This document shows, in pieces, positions 54,206-64,000 of a stretch of DNA of 64,000 bases. This stretch comes from a bacterium (lineage in GTDB: Bacteria; JADJOY01): assembly GCA_046331705.1 (NCBI GenBank), contig JAXLQJ010000012.1, positions 62,001-126,000 on the forward strand. Reading direction: 5' to 3'. A program made the position numbers and the translations under genes. The first letter of the stretch is position 1, and each line of letters opens with the position of its first letter. Under the pieces are notes generated by a model. That model worked only from the letters and a program-made list of their open reading frames with translations, made no database searches and was not told where the DNA came from.

Positions 54206-54673
54206 TCACACCCAGCGGCGCACGGCGCGCGCGTAGCTCGCGTACGCGTCACCGAACTTCTGGAGCAGCGCGCGTTCCTCCGGCTCGATCTGAAACCGGT
54301 TCAGGTAGGCGACGTAGCCAGGCACCAGGAAGAACGCGAGCGTGTGCGCCAAGTGGAGGCCCCACGCGAGAAGCAGCAGCGCGAACCCGACGTACATCGG
54401 GTTGCGGCTGATTCGGTAGACACCGCGGGTCACGATCGCCGACGCCGCCTCCGGCCGCGTCGGATCGACCGTGGTGTGCGCGCGTCGAAACTCGTAACCA
54501 CCCGCGAGGATGAAGCTCGCGCCGCCGATCGTGCATGCGAGCGCGAGGCCTTGATTCCACGGGATGGCGAGCGTGAGCGCCGGCAACGCCCGCGCCACCA
54601 CCCACATGGCCACGGCGGCAGCGATGAGCAGGGCGCCGGGTGGGATCTTGTGCTCGAGCGACGTCATGACCAC
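54206..54673 (-). CDS. Isoprenylcysteine carboxyl methyltransferase family protein
   Basis: TTVDP, GVYRISRNPMYVG, FQIEPEERAL...FG..Y..Y...VRRW. Confidence 0.9.
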   Translation of the reverse strand: MVMTSLEHKIPPGALLIAAAVAMWVVARALPALTLAIPWNQGLALACTIGGASFILAGGYEFRRAHTTVDPTRPEAASAIVTRGVYRISRNPMYVGFALLLLAWGLHLAHTLAFFLVPGYVAYLNRFQIEPEERALLQKFGDAYASYARAVRRWV

Positions 54674-55111
54674 GCTTCCGGGTCCCTATCTGGCACCGAG
54701 ACCCCCGCCGTGTCACGCCGCCCGATCCGCCGATCGTTTCCGCGCACCAGTGCACGCTGGATCGCCTCTCGAGGCGAGCGATTGGCGTGACTCGAGAGCT
54801 GCTGTCGGTCACCGTTGGCGCTGGTGTCACCGAGGGGCGCGTCGAGATCGTCGGCGACGAGCACGGCGGATCGCCAAGCGTGGTCGCGGCTTCTTCTCGA
54901 TCGTTCGATGGTGGGGGCGATCGCTCGCCCATCGTGAAGCATGCCATCCTGCGACGCCGTCTTCCCGCACTCGTTGGTCGCTTGATGGATGATCGTGGCC
55001 GGGACCCTCACCGTCGCATTCCGTGCAGTGCCGCGTGGGCTGTGCACGTGACCCATCGCGTGAAAGCCCGTTGCGGCAGTTGAGCGCGGCGACGGACGGA
55101 CGGTAGCGAAC

Positions 55112-55864
55112 ATGCCGATCCAGGTTGGCGAGATCGAGGCGCTCTTCCGGTACCCCGTGAAGTCCATGAGCGGCGAGCTTCTCGAGGTTGCCGATTTGGG
55201 CTGGCACGGCGTCGACGGCGACCGGCGCCTGGCGTTCCGTCGTCTCGACGATCGGAGCGGTTTCCCCTGGCTGACGGCCTCCAAGCTGCCGGAGCTGGTT
55301 CGCTTCGCACCACGGCGGCGGGGCACAGCGGACCCTGGAAGCCTTCCCACGCACGTTCGCACGCCGGAAGGCGAGGAACTGACCGTGTTCGGCGAGGAAT
55401 TGGCGACGGAGGTCGGTCGCCGGCACGGTTCGCCGGTCGAGATGGTGCACCTCAATCGTGGGATCTTCGACGAAGCGAGCATCTCGGTGATCACCTCGAG
55501 CACGGTCGGCGAGATCGGCCGGCTCGCCGCTCAGCGCCCCGACGTCCGGCGATTCCGCCCGAACATCCTGATTGCCTCGACGCGATCGATCCCGTTCGAG
55601 GAGGACGAGTGGGTCGGTGGCGTGCTCTCGTTCGGGGAAGCCAACGAGGCCGCCGCCGTCTGCATCACGAATCGCGACGAGCGCTGCTCGATGGTGAGCT
55701 TCGACCCCGATTCGGCGCGCCCCGACGCCGAAGTGCTGAAGGCGATCGTTCGGGTCAGGGACAACCAGGCCGGAGTCTACGGCGCCGTCACTCGACGGGG
55801 ACGCCTCACGATCGGGCTGCCCGTGTTCTTCGAACCGGCGGCCGCGGATCGGCGGCGCCAGTGA
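55112..55864 (+). CDS. MOSC-domain protein
   Basis: RYPVKSMSGE, GDRR, RRFRPNI, EDEW, RCSM. Confidence 0.9.
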   Translation: MPIQVGEIEALFRYPVKSMSGELLEVADLGWHGVDGDRRLAFRRLDDRSGFPWLTASKLPELVRFAPRRRGTADPGSLPTHVRTPEGEELTVFGEELATEVGRRHGSPVEMVHLNRGIFDEASISVITSSTVGEIGRLAAQRPDVRRFRPNILIASTRSIPFEEDEWVGGVLSFGEANEAAAVCITNRDERCSMVSFDPDSARPDAEVLKAIVRVRDNQAGVYGAVTRRGRLTIGLPVFFEPAAADRRRQ

Positions 55865-55927
55865 AGCAGACGAGATCTCGTCCAGTGAGCGCCGCGCGAC
55901 GACGGCACTCGACGGACGGTGCAGCGC

Positions 55928-56700
55928 TCAACCGTCGCCGGCGGCGGCCTTCTTGGGTTGCCAGTTGGCGACGCTGGCCGTCAGGTAATCGCGATTGAGG
56001 CGCGCGATGAAGTCCACCGAGATGCTCTTGGGGCAGGCGGCCTCGCACTCGCGGTGGTTCGAGCAGGAGCCGAACCCCTCTTCTTCCATCTGAGCGACCA
56101 TCTTCTCGACGCGGTCGTGGCGCTCGGGCTGGCCCTGCGGCAGCAGGCCCAAGTGCGAGACCTTGGCGGCGACGAAGAGTTGCGCCGCGGCGTTCGGACA
56201 AGCCGCGACGCACGCGCCGCAGCCGATGCACTGCGCCGCGTCCATCGCCAGATCCGAGGACTTCTTGGGGATCAGCATGGAGTTGGCGTCGACGGCGCAC
56301 CCGGTGGGGGCGGTGATGAAGCCCCCCTGCTGGATGATGCGATCGAAGGCGCTGCGGTCGACGACCAGGTCCTTGAGGACGGGGAACGCGCGCGCGCGCC
56401 ACGGCTCGAGCGTCAGCTCGTCGCCGTCCTGGAACGAGCGCATGTGGAGCTGACAGACGGTGGTGCCGCTGTCCGGGCCGTGGGCGTCGCCGTTGATGAC
56501 GAATCCGCACGAGCCGCAGATGCCCTCGCGACAGTCGTGATCGAAGGCGATCGGCTCCTCGCCGTTCCCGATGAGCTGCTCGTTGAGCACGTCCAACATC
56601 TCCAGGAAGGACATGTTGGGATTGGCGTTCGGGACGACGTACTTCACGAGCTGCCCGGGCTTGTCCTTGCCCGGCTGGCGCCACACGTGGAGGGTCAGCT

Positions 56701-56704
<4 letters not shown>
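55928..56704 (-). CDS. sdhB: Succinate dehydrogenase/fumarate reductase Fe-S subunit
   Basis: [34 protein letters not shown]. Confidence 0.95.
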
Positions 56705-58614
<1,910 letters not shown>

Positions 58615-58641
58615 GTGAAAAACCCTCCGCGCGACGTCGAC

Positions 58642-59331
58642 TCAGTGAATCAGGCCGAGGACGACGCCGATCGGAACCGCGAGGAACCCCAGCACCAGCA
58701 ACACCGCGAAGGCCGCCGCGAACAGGTTCCGGCACGCATTCCACTTGGGATGGTTGAGACCGAGCGTTTGAAACAGGCTCCACAGGCCGTGGAAGAGGTG
58801 CGAGCCGAGGGCGAGCATCGCGACGACGTAGATGCCCACCACGGCGAGGTGGCCGCGGAAGCCGCTGACGACGTTGCCGAACGCGTCACCCGGACGGAAA
58901 TTCGGGTGCGCCTGGCCGGTCGTGAAGTGCAGGATGTGGAACACGACGAACGCGAGCAGCAGCGGCCCGGTGATGATCATCGTCCGGGAGACGGCGCTCG
59001 TCTCGGGGCTCTTGCGGTAGGCGTAGCCGACCGGGCGCGCGAAGCGGTTGCGCAGCGTCAGGGCGACGGTGGCGGCGACGTGAACGGCCAACGCCGCGAG
59101 CAGCACCAGCCGTGCGACCCACAGGAGCTGCCCGTGGTCGAAGATCGGCGCGCCCATCTCCCGAAGGTGCTCGGCGTATTGATTGAGCTTCGACGCGCCC
59201 TGGTAGGCCTTGAGATTGCCGGCCATGTGGGCCAGCACGAAGCCGAAGAGAACCAGCCCCGTGATGGCCATCGAGGCCTTCTTCCAGATCGTCGAAGCGA
59301 GCGCGGAACGTCCCGAGCTCATGGTCAACAT
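58642..59331 (-). CDS. sdhC: Succinate dehydrogenase cytochrome b subunit (single anchor)
   Basis: KKASMAITG, HMAGN, HILHF, HLFHG; five TMs; start refined to ATG 59331. Confidence 0.92.
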   Translation of the reverse strand: MLTMSSGRSALASTIWKKASMAITGLVLFGFVLAHMAGNLKAYQGASKLNQYAEHLREMGAPIFDHGQLLWVARLVLLAALAVHVAATVALTLRNRFARPVGYAYRKSPETSAVSRTMIITGPLLLAFVVFHILHFTTGQAHPNFRPGDAFGNVVSGFRGHLAVVGIYVVAMLALGSHLFHGLWSLFQTLGLNHPKWNACRNLFAAAFAVLLVLGFLAVPIGVVLGLIH

Positions 59332-59356
59332 CCTCTCGCTGAGGGGGTCGTGAGCA

Positions 59357-59377
59357 ACGTGTATACAGCATACACGT
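59357..59377. promoter_or_regulatory. Inverted repeat upstream of sdhC (putative operator)
   Basis: ACGTGTAT-ACAGC-ATACACGT, perfect 8-5-8, in an AT-richer patch 25 nt upstream of sdhC. Confidence 0.55.
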
Positions 59378-59436
59378 CCGAAGTGTCGATTCGATGGCAC
59401 GGAATCGTAACGCCCTGGGGCTGCGCTTGCCGCACA

Positions 59437-59763
59437 CTAGGCCTCGGCCGAGCCGCTCGACTCATCGTCTGGAGGGGTTGGGGCCGTACCCGCCGCCGTG
59501 GCCGAATCGGTGCGGCGCGACGCCCGAAAGCGCGCCAGCAGCTCGCTGCGGACGTGCTCGCCGACGGGATGGGTCGGCAGTTGCGCCAGCGCGTCGCGGG
59601 CGCGGTCCAGTTGCTCGAGGTACGTGCGGCAGGATGGGCAGCGTTCCACGTGCTGCCGGAACCGCCTCGTCTCGACAGGCGAGAGGCGCGCTTCCGCGTA
59701 GCTGGTCGCCGCTTCCGTCACCTCGGCGCACGTCATCGCCGCGGATCGCTCGCGCTCGCCCAT
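59437..59763 (-). CDS. Zinc-finger (zf-HC2/ZAS) anti-sigma-type small protein
   Basis: MTCAEV...Y....LS......F..HVERCPSCRTYLEQL (HxxxCxxC). Confidence 0.8.
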   Translation of the reverse strand: MGERERSAAMTCAEVTEAATSYAEARLSPVETRRFRQHVERCPSCRTYLEQLDRARDALAQLPTHPVGEHVRSELLARFRASRRTDSATAAGTAPTPPDDESSGSAEA

Positions 59764-59901
59764 GTAACCGAGCCTAGCAGGGCCCGCAGGGCCCAGCAGA
59801 GTCGCGTCGTGCGGGGGCTCGAGCGGTCGGAAGCGCCGCGCGGCAGCAGCGGCGACGCGCGACCACCCGCGGTCTCCCGCGCCTGTTAGCCTGATCGCTC
59901 G

Positions 59902-62451
59902 ATGGCGGCGAGCGACACGCTGAGGTCTTCCCGCGAGCCTCAGGCGGCCGCGCGGCCGCGGGTGGTCATCGTCGGCGGCGGCTTCGGGGGCCTTTACGCC
60001 GCCCGCGGGCTCGCCCGCGCGCCCGTCGACGTGACACTCGTCGATCGACGCAATCACCACCTCTTCCAGCCGTTGCTCTACCAGGTGGCCACCGCAGGGC
60101 TCTCCCCGGGTGACATCGCCCAGCCGATCCGCGCGATCCTGCGCGACCAGTGCAACCTCACCGTGCTTCTCGCCGACGCGCGCGCGGTGGATCTCGCGCG
60201 GCGCCGCGTGGTGCTCGTCGACGGCGAGCTTCGCTACGACCACCTCATCCTCGCCACCGGCGCCACGCATGCGTACTTCGGCCACCCCGAGTGGGCGGAG
60301 CTCGCGCCTGGGCTCAAGTCGCTCGAGGATGCCATCGCCATCCGCAGCCGCTTTCTCTCCGCCTTCGAGGAGGCGGAGCGCGAGCGCGACGCGCGGCGCC
60401 AGCAGGCGTTGCTCACGTTCGTGATCGTGGGCGCCGGTCCGACGGGTGTCGAGCTCGCGGGCACGATGGCGGAGATGGCGCGGGTCTGCCTCGCCAGCGA
60501 TTTCCGCTTCATCGACCCGACGCTCGCGCGCGTCATCCTGTTCGAGGGCGGGCCGCGGGTGCTGCCCACCTACACCGAGCCGCTCTCGGCGAGCGCGAAG
60601 CGGCAGCTCGAGCGCCTCGGCGTGGACGTACGCGTGGGTGCGACCGTCTCGGACATGGGGCGCGGCTGGGTGGAGAGCGGCGGTGAGCGAATCGAGACGG
60701 AGTGTGTGTTCTGGGCCGCTGGTGTCGCGGCCTCACCGCTCGGGGCTTCGCTCGGCGTGCCGCTCGACAAGGCGGGTCGCGTGATCGTCGAAAGCGACCT
60801 GTCGGTTCCCGGGCACCCGGAGGTCGCGGTGATCGGCGATCTGGCGAGCGTCGCGAAGCGGGACGGCTCGCCCGTGCCGGGAGTGGCGCCTGCGGCGATC
60901 CAGATGGGGCGCTACGCCGCGGCTCGTGTGCGCGCCGCCGTCGCCGGTCGCTCCGTCGCGCCGTTTCGTTATCGCGACAAAGGCAGCCTCGCGACCATCG
61001 GCCGCGCGGCGGCCGTTGGCATGGCTGGCCCGCTTCGATTCACCGGCTTCACCGCATGGCTCGCGTGGTTGCTGGTGCACCTCTATTTCCTGATCGGCTT
61101 TCGCAATCGCGTCATCGTGCTCATCCAGTGGGCGTGGGCGTACCTGACGGCCCAGCGTGGCGCGCGGCTCATCACGCACTACGCGCCGGTGGCCTTGCTG
61201 CTGGCGTGCGTGAGCGCGGGTTGCGCCACCTATCGCGTGGACCGGGTGAGCATCGGCGTCGACGGCACGCAGGGAAACGGCAGCTCGGGGTTCGCGGCAC
61301 TCTCGGCGGACGGCGGCACGGTGGCCTTCCAGTCGGACGCGGACAACTTGGTGCCGGACGATCGCAACCGCGTGTCCGACGTCTTCGTGCACGCGCGCGC
61401 CTCGCGGCGCACCGAGCGTGTGAGCGTCGATTCGAAAGGGCGCGAGGGAGACGACGAGAGCACCCACGCGGCGATCTCCGCCGACGGTCGATTCGTGGCC
61501 TTCGAGTCCGCGGCCACCAATCTCGTGCCCCGCGATTCCAACGGCGCGAGCGACGTGTTCCTGCGCGACCGCAAGACCCGCACCACCGAGCGCGTGAGTG
61601 TCGCGAAGGGCGGCGCGGAGGCGAACGACGCGAGCGGCTCGCCCGCGCTCTCGGCCGACGCGCGCTACGTGGCGTTCCAGTCGGTGGCCACGAATCTCGC
61701 TCCCGGGAGCCCACGTCTTTCGCGCATCTACGTGCGTGATCGCACCAAGAACGAGACCGAATGCGTGAGCGTCAACGACGAGGGCCAGCTCGCGAACAAC
61801 GACTGCGACAGCCCCGCGATCTCGTCGGACGGCCGCTGGGTCGCGTTCGTGTGCAACGCCTGGAACATGGGAGTGGCCATGCGCGGCACCGCCAAGCAGG
61901 TCTACCTGCGCGATCGCAAGGCGCGTCGCACCTGGCTGCTCAGCCAATCGCTCGACCACCATCCCGGCGACTGGATGAGCTGGCAGCCGCGCGTCGCCGC
62001 CGACGGCACCACCGCCTTCGAGACCTACGCCACCAACCTGGTGCGCGACGACGCCAACGGCACGGGCGATGTGGTGCTCGCGATACCCGGTGTCGCGCCG
62101 CTCGAGCTGGTGAGCGTCGGCGACGACGATCGTCCCGCGAACGGGGCGTCGATGGCGCCGTCGCTCTCGGCGCACGGCCGGTACGTGGTCTTCTCGTCGT
62201 CGGCGACCGACCTGGTGTCGTCGGACTCGAACGGCAAGGTCGACGTCTTCCTGCGCGATCGCAAGAGCGGCGAGATGGAACGCGTGAGCGAGGCCGCCGA
62301 CGGCACCGCCGCCGACGGTGACAGCTGGTTTCCGGCGATCTCGAGCGACGGCTTGATCCGCGCCTACGAGTCGAACGCCACCAACCTGGTTCCCGGTGAC
62401 ACCAACGGCTATCCGGACGTGTTCGTGCAGCAGGTCGAGCCGCCCTTCTGA
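59902..62451 (+). CDS. ndh: Type II NADH dehydrogenase fused to a TolB-like beta-propeller
   Basis: GGGFGG, FQPLLYQVAT, GAGPTGVELAG, WAAGV, IGD, GARLIT; then LLLACVSAGC and repeated SADGRFVAFES.ATNLV..D.NG..DVF.RD. Confidence 0.85.
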   Translation: MAASDTLRSSREPQAAARPRVVIVGGGFGGLYAARGLARAPVDVTLVDRRNHHLFQPLLYQVATAGLSPGDIAQPIRAILRDQCNLTVLLADARAVDLARRRVVLVDGELRYDHLILATGATHAYFGHPEWAELAPGLKSLEDAIAIRSRFLSAFEEAERERDARRQQALLTFVIVGAGPTGVELAGTMAEMARVCLASDFRFIDPTLARVILFEGGPRVLPTYTEPLSASAKRQLERLGVDVRVGATVSDMGRGWVESGGERIETECVFWAAGVAASPLGASLGVPLDKAGRVIVESDLSVPGHPEVAVIGDLASVAKRDGSPVPGVAPAAIQMGRYAAARVRAAVAGRSVAPFRYRDKGSLATIGRAAAVGMAGPLRFTGFTAWLAWLLVHLYFLIGFRNRVIVLIQWAWAYLTAQRGARLITHYAPVALLLACVSAGCATYRVDRVSIGVDGTQGNGSSGFAALSADGGTVAFQSDADNLVPDDRNRVSDVFVHARASRRTERVSVDSKGREGDDESTHAAISADGRFVAFESAATNLVPRDSNGASDVFLRDRKTRTTERVSVAKGGAEANDASGSPALSADARYVAFQSVATNLAPGSPRLSRIYVRDRTKNETECVSVNDEGQLANNDCDSPAISSDGRWVAFVCNAWNMGVAMRGTAKQVYLRDRKARRTWLLSQSLDHHPGDWMSWQPRVAADGTTAFETYATNLVRDDANGTGDVVLAIPGVAPLELVSVGDDDRPANGASMAPSLSAHGRYVVFSSSATDLVSSDSNGKVDVFLRDRKSGEMERVSEAADGTAADGDSWFPAISSDGLIRAYESNATNLVPGDTNGYPDVFVQQVEPPF

Positions 62452-62463
62452 GCGCGGGTTGGC

Positions 62464-64000
62464 GTGAACGGCTTCGCTCCGAGCGCGCGCGGGTCGGTCC
62501 GCGGCGTGCTGCTGGCGGTCGCGCTGGCGGCGGCGTCGCAGAGCGGCGTGGTCCGGGCGGCGGAACCGACGGCGCGGGCCTGGGTCCTCGACCATGGTGA
62601 GGTGCGCGCCGTGCCCGAGTCTTCGGGTTCGGCGTCGGTTGGCGCCGCCGCGTCCGACGCGGTGCGCGGCTTCCCGACGGGCTCGCTGCTCAAGCCGTTC
62701 GTCGCCCAGGCGTGGGCGGCTGCGCACCCCGGCGAGCCGACTCCGCGCCTGCGCTGCGCCGGTGGCGCCACCTGCTGGCGTCCGTCGGGGCACGGCGAGC
62801 TGGGGCTGGCGCGCGCGCTCGAGCTCTCGTGCAACGCGTACTTCCGCGCGCTCGCCGCGGACACGCCGCGCGAGCTCCTCGAGGCGGTGATCGCGGACCA
62901 GCGCTTCGACGTGCCGCGACCGCTCACGCCCGATCTCGCGATCGGGCTCACGCAGCCGGGACCGCCGGAGGTCGCGGTTCGCGCCACACCCGCCGCGCTG
63001 CTCCTGGCGTTCGGCGCGCTGGCGCGCACGCCGTGGCCACGCGGCGATGCGGTGCGTCGCGAGGTGCTCGCTGGCTTGCGCGAATCGGCGCACGTCGGCA
63101 CCGCCGCGGGCTTGCGTGCCCGCGGCCTGCTGGCGAAGACCGGCACCGTGCCCGCGCTCGACGGCGCGCCGCTGGCGACCTCCGGCCTGGCGCTCGCCTT
63201 CGACGAGAGCGGCTGGGCCGTGCTCCTGCTGCTCGATCGCGGCACCGGTCGCGAGGCCGCCACACGGCTCGCACGCGCGTTGCCCTCGTTGCGTCCAGGG
63301 ACGGTCGTCGCCGCGCGCGCTTCCCCAGCGCCAGTCGGCCCGCTCCGCTCGGCGGCGCCGGTACCCGCGTCGCCCGCGCGCACCGCGTGGAGCTGGTCGC
63401 CAGCAGCCGGGCTCGAGCCGCCACCCGTTCGCGTGGCGCTCTTCGGCGAGCTCGCGCCCGCGGCGCTCGTCGCGCGCAATATCGGCGCGGCACCGGCGCC
63501 CCAACGGCACGGTTTCGCCGGCCCCGGTGCCTCGCTTGCGCTCACGCCCGGGGACACCCTCGGGCCTGCGCTGTGGGACCTCGCCGTCCCGGCGTTTCGC
63601 TTGAATCGCGTCGTGTCGGGATCGATCCGGGTGGCGAGCACGTCCTCGCGCGTGCTCCGGCCCATCCTCGAGACGCCGGCGCGCGACTACGTGAGCGGCG
63701 TCCTCGCCGCCGAGCTGCCGAGCCCCGAGATGGCCGCGCTGCGGTCGGATCTGGGTGCAGCCGTGCTGCGACTGCTGATGCGCGGGCCGCGTCACCCGGA
63801 TGCGGACGTCTGCGACACCACCCATTGCGCGTGGTTCATCGGCCGTGGCCCGCGGGTGTCTTGGGCCGATCCTCGCCATCCCGTGGCGATCGAGGGCCGG
63901 CGTCGCGACGACCCGACACGGCTCGCGCTGGTCACGCCCGCCGAGTGGGAACGCGCGAAGGCGCTGGCGCGCGAAGACGGCCCCGCCGTGTGGACCGCGC
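62464..64000 (+). CDS. Exported PBP-transpeptidase-like / SpoIID-LytB domain protein (YfaQ-like), 3' end outside window
   Basis: Own translation from GTG 62464: GSLLKPF (SxxK), SCN (SxN), KTGT, later DYVSGVLAAE and RHPDADVCDTTHC; absent from the ORF track, consistent with no stop inside the window. Confidence 0.75.
   Translation, partial: MNGFAPSARGSVRGVLLAVALAAASQSGVVRAAEPTARAWVLDHGEVRAVPESSGSASVGAAASDAVRGFPTGSLLKPFVAQAWAAAHPGEPTPRLRCAGGATCWRPSGHGELGLARALELSCNAYFRALAADTPRELLEAVIADQRFDVPRPLTPDLAIGLTQPGPPEVAVRATPAALLLAFGALARTPWPRGDAVRREVLAGLRESAHVGTAAGLRARGLLAKTGTVPALDGAPLATSGLALAFDESGWAVLLLLDRGTGREAATRLARALPSLRPGTVVAARASPAPVGPLRSAAPVPASPARTAWSWSPAAGLEPPPVRVALFGELAPAALVARNIGAAPAPQRHGFAGPGASLALTPGDTLGPALWDLAVPAFRLNRVVSGSIRVASTSSRVLRPILETPARDYVSGVLAAELPSPEMAALRSDLGAAVLRLLMRGPRHPDADVCDTTHCAWFIGRGPRVSWADPRHPVAIEGRRRDDPTRLALVTPAEWERAKALAREDGPAVWTA

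Noticed and set aside
54787-55083. 98-aa ORF between the methyltransferase and MOSC genes
   Set aside because: No motif or convincing RBS; probably a divergent promoter region

Overview
Very GC-rich, gene-dense bacterial chromosomal window. Gene content (thrombospondin-3 repeat proteins, sigma54 promoters, a Geobacter-type NikR box, three-subunit SdhCAB, type IV pilin) suggests a Myxococcota/'deltaproteobacterial' lineage; this is inference only. Left to right: a sigma54-driven chemosensory operon (STAS-cheY-cheA-cheW-Aer2-like PAS MCP, cut by the edge); a divergent module of unknown function (XRE/helical regulator plus TSP3 lipoprotein versus a small protein plus a beta-barrel-like protein) with back-to-back promoters; two tandem heme-c (CxxCH) chemoreceptors with a structured leader; cupin, GT2, miaE; a NikR-regulated NikMNQO transporter with apbE and a small OMP; secreted repeat proteins; OPT transporter; pilin plus PilZ protein; RNA helicase, TMTC-like protein, PAP2, aminopeptidase N; a nitrifier-type nsrR / cytochrome c / cytochrome c-two-domain multicopper oxidase fusion / nirK cluster followed by cusBA; desaturase; an IS1182-derived ORF; sdhCAB; an NDH-2 beta-propeller fusion; and a PBP-like/SpoIID fusion cut by the right edge. 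No rRNA, tRNA, CRISPR array or intact mobile element was recognised. Start codons were refined by eye. All family calls come from motif recognition, not database searches.
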